Of a DNA stretch of 64,000 bases, positions 26,583 through 35,188 are shown one piece after another. Location: positions 96,001-160,000 of IMG/VR virus record IMGVR_UViG_3300008952_000004; one strand, written 5' to 3'. Position numbers and translations under genes: made by a program. The DNA is from a virus. Within the stretch, counting starts at the first letter, position 1. Each line of letters begins with the position of its first letter. The notes under the pieces are model-generated. The model saw nothing but the letters and a program-made list of their open reading frames with translations, ran no database searches and was not told the DNA's origin.

Positions 26583-27240
26583 AATTGTTTTATTATTAGG
26601 TGGTATCCTTTTAACAATGGCAAGCTTTTCGCAAGCACATGCCAGACGATGCGTTCGAACACCAGATCCTATTGTTTTGCAGAAAAGTTCGGCTGGAGAA
26701 TACGTGGCTGTCTGGGATACATTTGATCGCAATCCGAGAATTTATTATAGTGACATTGCTCAGTACTATAATTCACCGAATGTACAGTTTTTTGATGTTG
26801 GATATGTGATAGCCGAATTCGATTCAGAATCAAATATTTGGTTATTTTATGGATGGGTTGGTGATAATTTAATCAAGCGCACGCATCGCCACTGGCGCAA
26901 ACATCGACGCTCTTATCGGCGATGTTTGGGCTATGCTGGACATTATCATTATAAGCCATATTATCCACATTATACATATGATTGGTTTTCCTCAAGTCTT
27001 CAATATCACCACCGACTATATCGGAAGCGATATTATGGAGACGGCACGAAACGCCGACTCCATCGTTATTACAAGCCTAGGCATGGTTATCGAAGTCATA
27101 ATCACACCCGTCGCCCTCGTCATTATCAGCCACGGAGAAAATACAGAAGACCGCAGGTTACGCAGCCGCATAAGCAACGCAGAAAACCACACCATAAAAA
27201 AAGAAACAAGAAACAAAAACGTCGCAATCAACGCCGATAA
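26572..27240 (+). CDS. Putative secreted protein with His/Tyr/Arg-rich basic C-terminus
   Basis: Signal peptide 'MKNKIVLLLGGILLTMASFSQAHA'; low-complexity YYH/RRH C-terminal half; GGAG RBS before ATG 26572. Confidence 0.7.
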   Translation: MKNKIVLLLGGILLTMASFSQAHARRCVRTPDPIVLQKSSAGEYVAVWDTFDRNPRIYYSDIAQYYNSPNVQFFDVGYVIAEFDSESNIWLFYGWVGDNLIKRTHRHWRKHRRSYRRCLGYAGHYHYKPYYPHYTYDWFSSSLQYHHRLYRKRYYGDGTKRRLHRYYKPRHGYRSHNHTRRPRHYQPRRKYRRPQVTQPHKQRRKPHHKKRNKKQKRRNQRR

Positions 27241-27254
27241 GATTAGGTGCTTTA

Positions 27255-28229
27255 ATGACTCCAAGAATATTAATCATCGATGCTCTTAATATGTATTTCA
27301 GAGCATATATTGTAGATCCGAGCCTATCGACCAACGGTCAGCCAATCGGCGGCACTAAGGGTTTCTTGAAAATTTTGCAAAAACTGGTGCGTGAGACGAA
27401 GCCGGATCAGGTTGTTATTGCTTGGGATGGCGCTGGTGGTTCCCAAAAACGAAAGAGTATTGATAAAAATTATAAAGAGGGGCGCAAGCCCATTCGTCTC
27501 AATCGCGAGATTCGTAATCTCTCCGAGAACGAAGAGATGGAAAATAAGATTTGGCAGCAGACTCGACTGGTAGAATATTTAAATTGCATGCCAGTATGCC
27601 AGATAATGCTGCCAGCAATTGAGGCGGATGATGTGATTGCTTATGTTGTGAGTATGTCATCTTTAAAGGGCTGGCAAAAGGTTATTGTGTCAAGTGACAA
27701 AGATTTTTATCAACTGTGCGATGGCGAAACTGTGCTGCACCGACCCATTCAAAAGGCAACTTTGAACAAACATCGTATTATAGAAGAACATGGAATTCAT
27801 CCTTTAAACTTTGCTCTCGCACGCGCCGTCTGTGGCGACAAAAGTGATAATCTTAAAGGTGTTGGGGGCGTGGGCTTGGCTACGATGTCCAAGCGGTTTC
27901 CGTTTTTGGCAGAAGAGAAGTCCTATACAATTGACGAGCTAGTTGATTATTGCGACGATTGTGAAAACAAATTAAAAGTACACCATAACATTCTCGACGG
28001 ACGTGGTATAATAGAAAAGAACTATAGATTAATGCAACTTTACTCACCGAGTATTTCACCTCAATCTAAAAAGATTATTAAACACACGGTTGAGGAGACG
28101 ACTCTGGAGTTTAATAAGACAGAGGTACTGAAGATGATGAACACAGATGGGTTTGGAGTGTTTGACTGGACAAGTCTATTTCAGACGATGCGGCGAATTG
28201 TGGCTGCGGAGGTAGCGAATGGCACTTAA
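27255..28229 (+). CDS. 5'-3' exonuclease/flap endonuclease (PolI N-terminal / T4 RNase H-like)
   Basis: 'LIIDALNMYFRAY', 'AWDG', 'YKEGRK', 'EADDVIA', 'SSDKDFYQL', 'GDKSDNL.GV.GVG'. Confidence 0.95.
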   Translation: MTPRILIIDALNMYFRAYIVDPSLSTNGQPIGGTKGFLKILQKLVRETKPDQVVIAWDGAGGSQKRKSIDKNYKEGRKPIRLNREIRNLSENEEMENKIWQQTRLVEYLNCMPVCQIMLPAIEADDVIAYVVSMSSLKGWQKVIVSSDKDFYQLCDGETVLHRPIQKATLNKHRIIEEHGIHPLNFALARAVCGDKSDNLKGVGGVGLATMSKRFPFLAEEKSYTIDELVDYCDDCENKLKVHHNILDGRGIIEKNYRLMQLYSPSISPQSKKIIKHTVEETTLEFNKTEVLKMMNTDGFGVFDWTSLFQTMRRIVAAEVANGT

Positions 28230-29586
28230 CAGAAACGTAGATTTTTCAAAATTTGGAAAAGCCTTTCAAGAGGGGCTAGCCCAACTTATCATGGAGGACC
28301 GCCCCTTCGCAGATCAAATTCAGGAGGTTCTGTCAATAGACTTTTTTGAATTAAAATATTTGCAAGCCTTTACCAAAAAGGTTTTTGATTTTAAGATCAA
28401 GTACGATGTGCACCCATCAAAGGATGCCATGCTGTCAGTGCTCCGTGCAGAGCTTGATGACGAAAGCCCAGCTACCCAAAAACAAACCCGAGATTTCTTT
28501 GCAAGAATTTATAAATCTGAGATAGAAGTTGGCGGCGAAGAATATATTAAAGAGACAGCCCTTGACTTCTGCCGAAAGCAGAAACTAAAAGAGGCTATGA
28601 TCAAGTCTGTTGGGTTACTTGAGGCGTCATCGTTTGATGAGATCAGTTCGCTGATCAATGATGCTCTGAAGCTTGGCTCTAATACTGACTTTGGTTATGA
28701 CTACATGGCGGACTTTGAAGAGCGATTTAAAATCAAAGCGCGTAACCCTATCAGTACAGGCTGGCAGATTATCGATAGTCACTGCAAGGGCGGTCTTGGT
28801 GTTGGAGAACTGGGTGTTGTTATCGCTCCAACTGGCGCCGGAAAATCAATGGTGCTGGTACATCTGGGAGCAGAAGCGTTAAAGCAGGGTAAGACGGTTG
28901 TGCATTATACTTTGGAATTAGCACCAACCGTAATTGCGGGTCGCTACGATAGTTGTATTACTGGTATACCTCTTCCACAACTTTTCGGTTGCAAGGAGGG
29001 CATTTATGAGACGGTAAAAGACTTAGAGGGTCAATTAATAATCAAAGAATACCCAACCAAGACAGCCTCTCCAAACGTTATTCGTAATCATATGGAAAGA
29101 CTTCGGCAGCGGGATATCAAGCCGGATTTAATCATTGTGGATTATGCAGATTTATTGCGACCAAATGTGGTTCGAAAAGAAAAAAGACACGAACTGGAGA
29201 CTATTTACGAAGATCTTCGCGGCATAGCGCAGGAGCATAAATGCCCGTGTTATACCGCATCGCAAACTAATAGGTCTGGATTGAACGCAGAAGTAATCAC
29301 AATGGAATCCATTTCCGAAGCCTTTAACAAGTGTTTTGTGGCAGATTTTATATTTTCCGTGTCTAGAACAGTTGAAGATAAAAATACAAATGGCGGACGA
29401 GTGTTTTTAGCAAAAAATAGGAATGGACCTGATGGAATCATTTATCCTATTTTTATGGACACTGCGCGGGTTAAAATAAAAGTTCTCCCACAAGATGGTA
29501 CTACCGTTGAACAGATCGTTGCACAATCGACAGCCCAACAAGGTAAACAGTTGCGTGAGAAATACAAAGAATACAGAAAAAAATAA
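28219..29586 (+). CDS. dnaB: Replicative DNA helicase (DnaB/gp41-like)
   Basis: Walker A 'APTGAGKS', 'HYTLEL', 'IKEYPT', 'IIVDYADLL', 'TASQTNR', 'KNRNGPDG'. Confidence 0.95.
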   Translation: MALNRNVDFSKFGKAFQEGLAQLIMEDRPFADQIQEVLSIDFFELKYLQAFTKKVFDFKIKYDVHPSKDAMLSVLRAELDDESPATQKQTRDFFARIYKSEIEVGGEEYIKETALDFCRKQKLKEAMIKSVGLLEASSFDEISSLINDALKLGSNTDFGYDYMADFEERFKIKARNPISTGWQIIDSHCKGGLGVGELGVVIAPTGAGKSMVLVHLGAEALKQGKTVVHYTLELAPTVIAGRYDSCITGIPLPQLFGCKEGIYETVKDLEGQLIIKEYPTKTASPNVIRNHMERLRQRDIKPDLIIVDYADLLRPNVVRKEKRHELETIYEDLRGIAQEHKCPCYTASQTNRSGLNAEVITMESISEAFNKCFVADFIFSVSRTVEDKNTNGGRVFLAKNRNGPDGIIYPIFMDTARVKIKVLPQDGTTVEQIVAQSTAQQGKQLREKYKEYRKK

Positions 29587-29596
29587 GGGGATAAAC

Positions 29597-32038
29597 ATGA
29601 CACTCGACACAGCACGAGAAAAGAGCTTAAAATATTTTAATGGAGACGAGTTGGCGGCAAACGTGTTTCTGACCAAATATGCTCTTAAAGATAAAGCGGG
29701 AAAAATATTAGAAGACACGCCAAGCGCGATGCACGACCGCCTAGCAGAAGAATTTTCAAGAATTGAGGAGAAGTTCGGCGGCAAGCGACAGCTTTCTTAT
29801 GATGAGATTCGCGATTCATTTGAAAATTTTCAATATATTGTGCCGCAAGGTTCGGTTATGTTTGGTTGTGGGAACGCCCATGTACATGCCTCTCTTTCGA
29901 ATTGTGTTGTTGTATCACCTCCGGAAGACAATATGTCCTCTATTATAGAGTCGGGTAAAGATTTAGCTAACCTGTTCAAGCGACGTTGTGGAGTAGGAAT
30001 CGACATCTCAGGGCTTCGTCCGGAAAACACGCCGGTTAATAATTCTGCTGGCACGACTACCGGTGCGTGGTCTTTCGCAGATTTTTATTCTTATGTGTGT
30101 CGAATGGTTGGTCAGAATGGTCGACGCGGGGCTTTGATGATCTCGATGGATGTTAGACATCCTGATATTGAGCAATTTGTTACAATGAAACAAGATCTGT
30201 CAAAGGTGACCGGCGCGAATGTATCGATAAAATTGAGCGATGATTTTATGCATGCAGTTGATTCAGACGCTGATTTTCTTTTACGGTATCCGGTAGACTC
30301 AGAACCTGATGAGGCAGTGAGTTATACGAAGACAATTCGCGCACGAGATTTGTGGACAAAGATCGTTGAGAGTGCAGCAAAGACGGCAGAGCCAGGGCTG
30401 CTGATGTGGGATAATATTAGAAAAAATCTTCCAGCGGAGTGTTATGCTGATGTCGGATTTCAGACTGTTTCAACCAATCCTTGTGCAGAAATTCCCCTGT
30501 CTTCTCATGATAGTTGTCGTTTGATTTCTGTTAATTTAAAAAACTTTGTAAAGAAACCATTTACTAAAGACGCCTACTTTGATTATGAACATTTCGGTAA
30601 GACAATTACTATGGCTATGCGACTGTCTGATGACTTGGTTGAGCTTGAAGCAGAGCAACTCTCAAAAATAATTAAAATTGCTGATACTAAAGATGAAAAG
30701 AAGTTGTGGACAAAATTACGAAAGGCTTGTCTTCAAGGACGCCGAACGGGATTAGGAACTCACGGTCTGGCAGACGCTATAGCACGCATGTGCCTGCGAT
30801 ATGATTCAACCCAAAGTGTTTCTGAAATCGATAAAATTTATAGCACTCTGAGAGACAAGGCATATGAGGAAAGCGCTCGCTTGGCTCAAGAAAGAGGCTC
30901 CTTTCCGGTGTTTGATTGGGCGAAGGAAAAAGATAATTTATTTATTAAGCGACTCCCCTCTCGCATTCAAAAAATGATTGCAGATTCCGGTCGACGAAAT
31001 ATATCTATCCTAACTAACGCTCCAACTGGAAGTGTGTCCATCCTCTCTCAAACCAGTTCAGGGCTGGAGCCTGTCTTTCGAAATTCTTATGTTCGGCGCC
31101 GGAAGATAAATCACAATGAGCAGAACATTGAGCCGGATTTCGTCGACGACTTAGGTGATCGCTGGGTGGAATATACGGTGTTTCATCACAACGTCAATGA
31201 CTGGATTAAACTTAACGCGAAGAAACCGGATTGTGAGTTGCCTGGGTTTTTCGTAGAAAGCAACCAGATCGATTGGTTGCGTCGTGTTGAAATACAGGCA
31301 ACTATTCAAGAGAATATCGATCACGCTATTAGTTCCACCATTAATCTTCCGGAAAATACTTCACCTTCGGTTGTTGGTGAACTTTATATGAAGGGTTGGA
31401 AAGATGGTCTGAAAGGGATCACTGTTTATGTGGATGGCAGTCGAACTGGGGTGTTGATAACGAAACAGGACGAGGGAAAGGGAGAACCATTTCCTCAAAA
31501 CGGCGCCCCACTCAGACCGGAAGTGGTTGACTGTGATATCCACCACACAACCATTAAAGGTGAAAAGTGGACCATCCTTGTTGGTCTGTATGAGGGTCGA
31601 CCTTATGAGGTGCTTGGCGGGTTATCTAATTTAATTGAAATTCCCAAGCGGCACACTAAAGGGCGCCTTACCAAGCACCGCTTTAAAACAAAAGCTAATA
31701 GGTATGACTTAACGTTTGGCGTTGATGATGACACAACGGTTGTGAGAGATATTGTGCGAGTGTTCGACAATCCGAACGAATCGGCTTTCACTCGAATGAT
31801 CTCTCTAACCCTGCGCCATGGCGCTCCACCTCGCCTCTTGGTAGAACAGCTACAAAAAGATAAGGATAGCGATATGTTTAGTTTCGCTAGGTGTATCGCC
31901 AGAATCCTCAAAAATTATATTCAAGATGGCGAGCCAGCAGGGGATAAATCTTGTCCTGAATGTGGTGCCGAAGAAGGGCTAGTGTATCAGGATGGTTGCC
32001 AGTCTTGTAATCAGTGCGGTTACGCAAAATGTGGATAA
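29597..32038 (+). CDS. nrdJ: Class II (adenosylcobalamin-dependent) ribonucleotide reductase with C-terminal TSCPD-like domain and Zn ribbon
   Basis: 'SLSNCVV', 'GRRGALM', 'TNPCAEIPL', 'GLGTHGL', 'NAPTGSVS', 'ISSTINLP', 'KGITVY.DGSR', C-terminal 'CPECG...YQDGC..C..CGY.KC'. Start moved to ATG 29597. Confidence 0.93.
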   Translation: MTLDTAREKSLKYFNGDELAANVFLTKYALKDKAGKILEDTPSAMHDRLAEEFSRIEEKFGGKRQLSYDEIRDSFENFQYIVPQGSVMFGCGNAHVHASLSNCVVVSPPEDNMSSIIESGKDLANLFKRRCGVGIDISGLRPENTPVNNSAGTTTGAWSFADFYSYVCRMVGQNGRRGALMISMDVRHPDIEQFVTMKQDLSKVTGANVSIKLSDDFMHAVDSDADFLLRYPVDSEPDEAVSYTKTIRARDLWTKIVESAAKTAEPGLLMWDNIRKNLPAECYADVGFQTVSTNPCAEIPLSSHDSCRLISVNLKNFVKKPFTKDAYFDYEHFGKTITMAMRLSDDLVELEAEQLSKIIKIADTKDEKKLWTKLRKACLQGRRTGLGTHGLADAIARMCLRYDSTQSVSEIDKIYSTLRDKAYEESARLAQERGSFPVFDWAKEKDNLFIKRLPSRIQKMIADSGRRNISILTNAPTGSVSILSQTSSGLEPVFRNSYVRRRKINHNEQNIEPDFVDDLGDRWVEYTVFHHNVNDWIKLNAKKPDCELPGFFVESNQIDWLRRVEIQATIQENIDHAISSTINLPENTSPSVVGELYMKGWKDGLKGITVYVDGSRTGVLITKQDEGKGEPFPQNGAPLRPEVVDCDIHHTTIKGEKWTILVGLYEGRPYEVLGGLSNLIEIPKRHTKGRLTKHRFKTKANRYDLTFGVDDDTTVVRDIVRVFDNPNESAFTRMISLTLRHGAPPRLLVEQLQKDKDSDMFSFARCIARILKNYIQDGEPAGDKSCPECGAEEGLVYQDGCQSCNQCGYAKCG

Positions 32039-32046
32039 AAAAATAC

Positions 32047-32075
32047 TTGACAAAAGTATAAATAGAGTGTATATT
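32047..32075 (+). promoter_or_regulatory. sigma70-type promoter
   Basis: TTGACA-N17-TATATT upstream of 32107. Confidence 0.75.
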
Positions 32076-32106
32076 ATATATAACTTTTCAATTAAAGGAG
32101 AACTTA

Positions 32107-32367
32107 ATGTCTGATTCAGCAACTAATGAATATCAAGAAAAAGAAAATAAAATTACTAATTACATCAAGTCTTTAAGAACGATTGAAGATGCGATGGAGC
32201 CCTATAAAGATCAGAAAAGGGCACTGAAAAGTAATTATGTTGAGAATGGCTGGCTTTCGAAAGAAGAGATCAGTGTAGCTGTTAAAGCCTATCGTATGGT
32301 AAAAGAAGATACTGATATTGATCAACTAATGGACTTTTACAACCACGTGAGGAAGACTTGCAAATGA
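32107..32367 (+). CDS. Small helical protein, possibly T4 DsbA/GapR-like DNA-binding
   Basis: 'YIKSL..IEDAMEPYKDQKRALK..Y..NG....EI..AVKAYRM' helical pattern. Confidence 0.45.
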   Translation: MSDSATNEYQEKENKITNYIKSLRTIEDAMEPYKDQKRALKSNYVENGWLSKEEISVAVKAYRMVKEDTDIDQLMDFYNHVRKTCK

Positions 32368-32651
32368 TGCTTGTTCCAAAAAATAGACACCTTCTGATCG
32401 AAATCGTTGAGGATAAGGAGGAATCCTCCTCAACGATTTTAGTACCAGAAGATTATAGGGCGGCTTCACTTAAACAATATCAAACGGTGAACATTCTAGC
32501 CACTTCCCCACACTCTCTTGACTATGATCCCGGTCAACAGGCAATTGTTGAGGGTCACATGATCAAGACAGTGAGTGTTGCGGGCACAACTTATCAGTTG
32601 GTATTGGAAAATGCTGTACTGGCTTTGTTAGGTGATGAAAAAGAACTGTGA
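32364..32651 (+). CDS. groES: GroES/Cpn10-like co-chaperonin
   Basis: 'LVPKNRHLLIE', 'ILVPE', 'PGQQAIV', 'V.G.TY.LV.ENAVLA'; about 95 aa; ATGA overlap with the upstream gene. Confidence 0.75.
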   Translation: MMLVPKNRHLLIEIVEDKEESSSTILVPEDYRAASLKQYQTVNILATSPHSLDYDPGQQAIVEGHMIKTVSVAGTTYQLVLENAVLALLGDEKEL

Positions 32652-33543
32652 TCATTTAGTTATAGGATCGGGGTTGGCGGCTATTGTTTATGCATATTTA
32701 AATGACGCTTTATATATTAACAATGATCCTGAATATTCCCCTTTCCTGTTTGACTATTTCGATCCAGAGTTTCCGCTCGAAGCCTTCGGTATTGAACCAG
32801 CATCTCGTGTCTTGAAAACAGATCTTAAAGATAGAACGGTCGGGCATCCAAAGGTCGATTTGTGGCAACGGATTTCATTTGTTTTGTCTTTAGGCGGCAA
32901 CGCTCCATTTGGAGACAAGGTAGCCAGCCTAAGAATAAACCCAGAAGAAAAAACTGCCCGGATTATCACAACAGGAAACGCCGCACTTGAGTATGAATAT
33001 AATAATGCGGTTATTTTTAATCCTGAGAACATTCATGGGATAGTTCCTGTACCGAATGACCGAGAAGAAATATTTAGAGTGGAAGATTGGTTTGATGTAC
33101 GTACTGGTGGCAAACATCAATATGATTATGTGTTGACCGAAGACGAATTTATTAACGAAATCTACTTTTATCCATCGCCGCGAATGTCGACGCAGAACTC
33201 CAAAATCAAGGACTTAGTGGCTGTTTCTTATGCGACAAGAGAACAATTAAATAATATAGACTACTCGGATGTGGCAGCTAGATTTAAAATTTTAAGTATA
33301 TTAAAGGGGATGGGTCTTCGTGGCGCTCGCAATGGTCGCGACCCTAAAAATCCCGACCTTTATAAATATTATGCAATAAAAATTGAGGCTAGGCGAAGAG
33401 AGGTCTTTCCAAAGACAAAACAAGTATATAAGGATATGAATGGTATCCGCTTCGATACAAGAAGCGCAGAAGAGATTATTTTATGCCACTCCTTAAAAGA
33501 AAATAAGCCATATAATGTACTCAAAGGGCTATTTACTTTATAA
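32632..33543 (+). CDS. Hypothetical protein with N-terminal Rossmann-like 'LVIGSGLAA' motif
   Basis: GxGxx[GA] dinucleotide-binding start; the remainder is unrecognised. Confidence 0.5.
   Translation: MMKKNCDHLVIGSGLAAIVYAYLNDALYINNDPEYSPFLFDYFDPEFPLEAFGIEPASRVLKTDLKDRTVGHPKVDLWQRISFVLSLGGNAPFGDKVASLRINPEEKTARIITTGNAALEYEYNNAVIFNPENIHGIVPVPNDREEIFRVEDWFDVRTGGKHQYDYVLTEDEFINEIYFYPSPRMSTQNSKIKDLVAVSYATREQLNNIDYSDVAARFKILSILKGMGLRGARNGRDPKNPDLYKYYAIKIEARRREVFPKTKQVYKDMNGIRFDTRSAEEIILCHSLKENKPYNVLKGLFTL
33529..33535 (+). promoter_or_regulatory. Putative late promoter box CTATTTA
   Basis: 33 nt upstream of ATG 33569, with AGGAGG RBS. Confidence 0.5.
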
Positions 33544-33568
33544 TGCAGGAAGCATTAAGGAGGTGAGT

Positions 33569-34003
33569 ATGAGTGGTGCAGGAGGTGCCGGTGGAGCCGG
33601 AGCAGCAGGTGGCGGTGGCGCAGCAGCTACGGCAGGAGGAACAATGGCTGGAGGCGCCGCAGTTTCTAGCGGAGGCGAAGGTGGAGGCTCTGCTCTCGGA
33701 GCAGCAGAAGGAGCAAATGTGGGTTCGACAGATAGCGTGGGGAACACCGCCCAAGAATTAGCCACATCGGATCCAAAACAGAATCTTAATGACGATATTG
33801 CAGCGCAGGTTATGCAGCCACATCAGTGCAACAATCAGTCTTATATTAATATGTCAACACAGCAATTTATAAATGTGCAGAACACATCGATTGAACAATA
33901 TCAGTGTACACCAGAACGCATGTCAGAACAAGAGTTTGATTTAAAGAAGATGCTGGAAATGATGATTGCGTTAAAACTTTTAGAAGCGATGAACGAAAAA
34001 TAA
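33569..34003 (+). CDS. Hypothetical Gly/Ala-rich protein
   Basis: AGGAGGTG RBS before ATG 33569; GA-rich N-terminus; helical C-terminus. Confidence 0.6.
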   Translation: MSGAGGAGGAGAAGGGGAAATAGGTMAGGAAVSSGGEGGGSALGAAEGANVGSTDSVGNTAQELATSDPKQNLNDDIAAQVMQPHQCNNQSYINMSTQQFINVQNTSIEQYQCTPERMSEQEFDLKKMLEMMIALKLLEAMNEK

Positions 34004-34254
34004 TGAAAGTAGAAAAAATAAGCGGAATACAATCCTTATATCCTATTCCAATAGAGCACCATCGGTGGGCTGGCTTCGACAAAGCCACGCCTGAGAAAGA
34101 GACTCTAGTAGTAGAAGTAGAAGCGAACCCTGTTGACGAGAAAGAGTCTGAGTTTAATTTATATGTTGAAGATCTTGCAGAAGATCCTGGCTTATATAAT
34201 CGTTGGGGTAAAATAAAGAAAAATAATTTGCCAAAATTAATAAAAATTATTTGA
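34003..34254 (+). CDS. Hypothetical protein
   Basis: TAATG stop/start coupling; 83 aa. Confidence 0.5.
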   Translation: MKVEKISGIQSLYPIPIEHHRWAGFDKATPEKETLVVEVEANPVDEKESEFNLYVEDLAEDPGLYNRWGKIKKNNLPKLIKII

Positions 34255-34279
34255 CTTATTGAAACAAGTTTGGTAATAT
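34251..34279 (+). promoter_or_regulatory. sigma70-type promoter
   Basis: TTGACT-N17-TAATAT upstream of the 34286-dnaE operon. Confidence 0.6.
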
Positions 34280-34285
34280 ATCTTT

Positions 34286-35188
34286 ATGTCTTTGCACAAG
34301 AGTTCAATTAGTGAAAAATCATTTCATCTGGCTGGGATTGTCCCGGTGGCTGGGCAGAAGTTAGACTTTAATTGTCCGTGGCATGATTCTTTAATGCCGA
34401 TTGCGCCAGACTATCTAGCCGTTGAAAGAGCGGTACTTGAGTGTGCTTGGGCAGGCTGTGAAACGATCTGGATCGTGTGTAACGACGACGTTCAACCTTT
34501 AATCAGGTATCGATTGGGCGATTATATATACGATCCTGTAAATCTACGCAGGCAATATAGAATTAAACCAGTGGATGAAAAGAAACCGATAACAATATAT
34601 TATGTTCCAGTACACCCTAATGATAGAGACAAACGAGACTGCTTGGGGTGGAGTGTTTTATATGGAGCAAAGACCTCTTTCGAGGTTTCAAAACAAATAA
34701 GCACTTGGGTTGCACCAGACCGCTATTATGTGGCGTTCCCGTATGGTGTATACAGTCCAGAAGTTCTACGTCCACATCGTTTGGAAATTTCCAGCCGCCG
34801 TGGTTTTTTCTTGAGTCACTTGGACGAGACTGTAAGAGAAGGCAAATATCTTGGCTTTACTTTCGATGCTAGTGATTTTTCTGAATTTGTAGGTGTGATC
34901 CGTACAGGTACGGGTGAAAAGATACCCGGTCAATCTATATCTGACGGAATCCCTAAAGAAAAATTGCCGTTACATAAAAGATGGTCAGCACGGTTTTTTT
35001 CACTTGACAAAATATTTCAATCTGCTAAAGTAGAGGGAGCATTAGTTCAAGAAGTTGACTGGTATTATAATATTGATAGTTGGGAAAATTATAGCAATTA
35101 TTTGTCGTGCGGCATTGATTTAAAAAAGCCAGCAAAGTGTATTTTGGCATATAGAGAGTGGAATTCGATGGGAGTTAATAATGAGTGA
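34286..35188 (+). CDS. Nucleotidyltransferase-like (NTP_transferase/GT-A fold), divergent
   Basis: 'LAGIVPVAG', 'LMPIA...AVE..V.E...AGCETIWIV', 'G.SV.YGA', 'YYVAFP.G', 'YYNIDSWENY'; lacks the G.GTR.. K loop. Confidence 0.6.
   Translation: MSLHKSSISEKSFHLAGIVPVAGQKLDFNCPWHDSLMPIAPDYLAVERAVLECAWAGCETIWIVCNDDVQPLIRYRLGDYIYDPVNLRRQYRIKPVDEKKPITIYYVPVHPNDRDKRDCLGWSVLYGAKTSFEVSKQISTWVAPDRYYVAFPYGVYSPEVLRPHRLEISSRRGFFLSHLDETVREGKYLGFTFDASDFSEFVGVIRTGTGEKIPGQSISDGIPKEKLPLHKRWSARFFSLDKIFQSAKVEGALVQEVDWYYNIDSWENYSNYLSCGIDLKKPAKCILAYREWNSMGVNNE

Noticed and set aside
32057-32064. TATAAATA (T4 late promoter consensus)
   Set aside because: I noticed only this one, inside the spacer of a good sigma70 promoter; virion genes use CTAWTTA instead.
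35004-35031. TTGACA-N16-TAAAGT inside the nucleotidyltransferase-like gene
   Set aside because: It could be an internal dnaE promoter, but it is 150 nt upstream within coding sequence and indistinguishable from chance.
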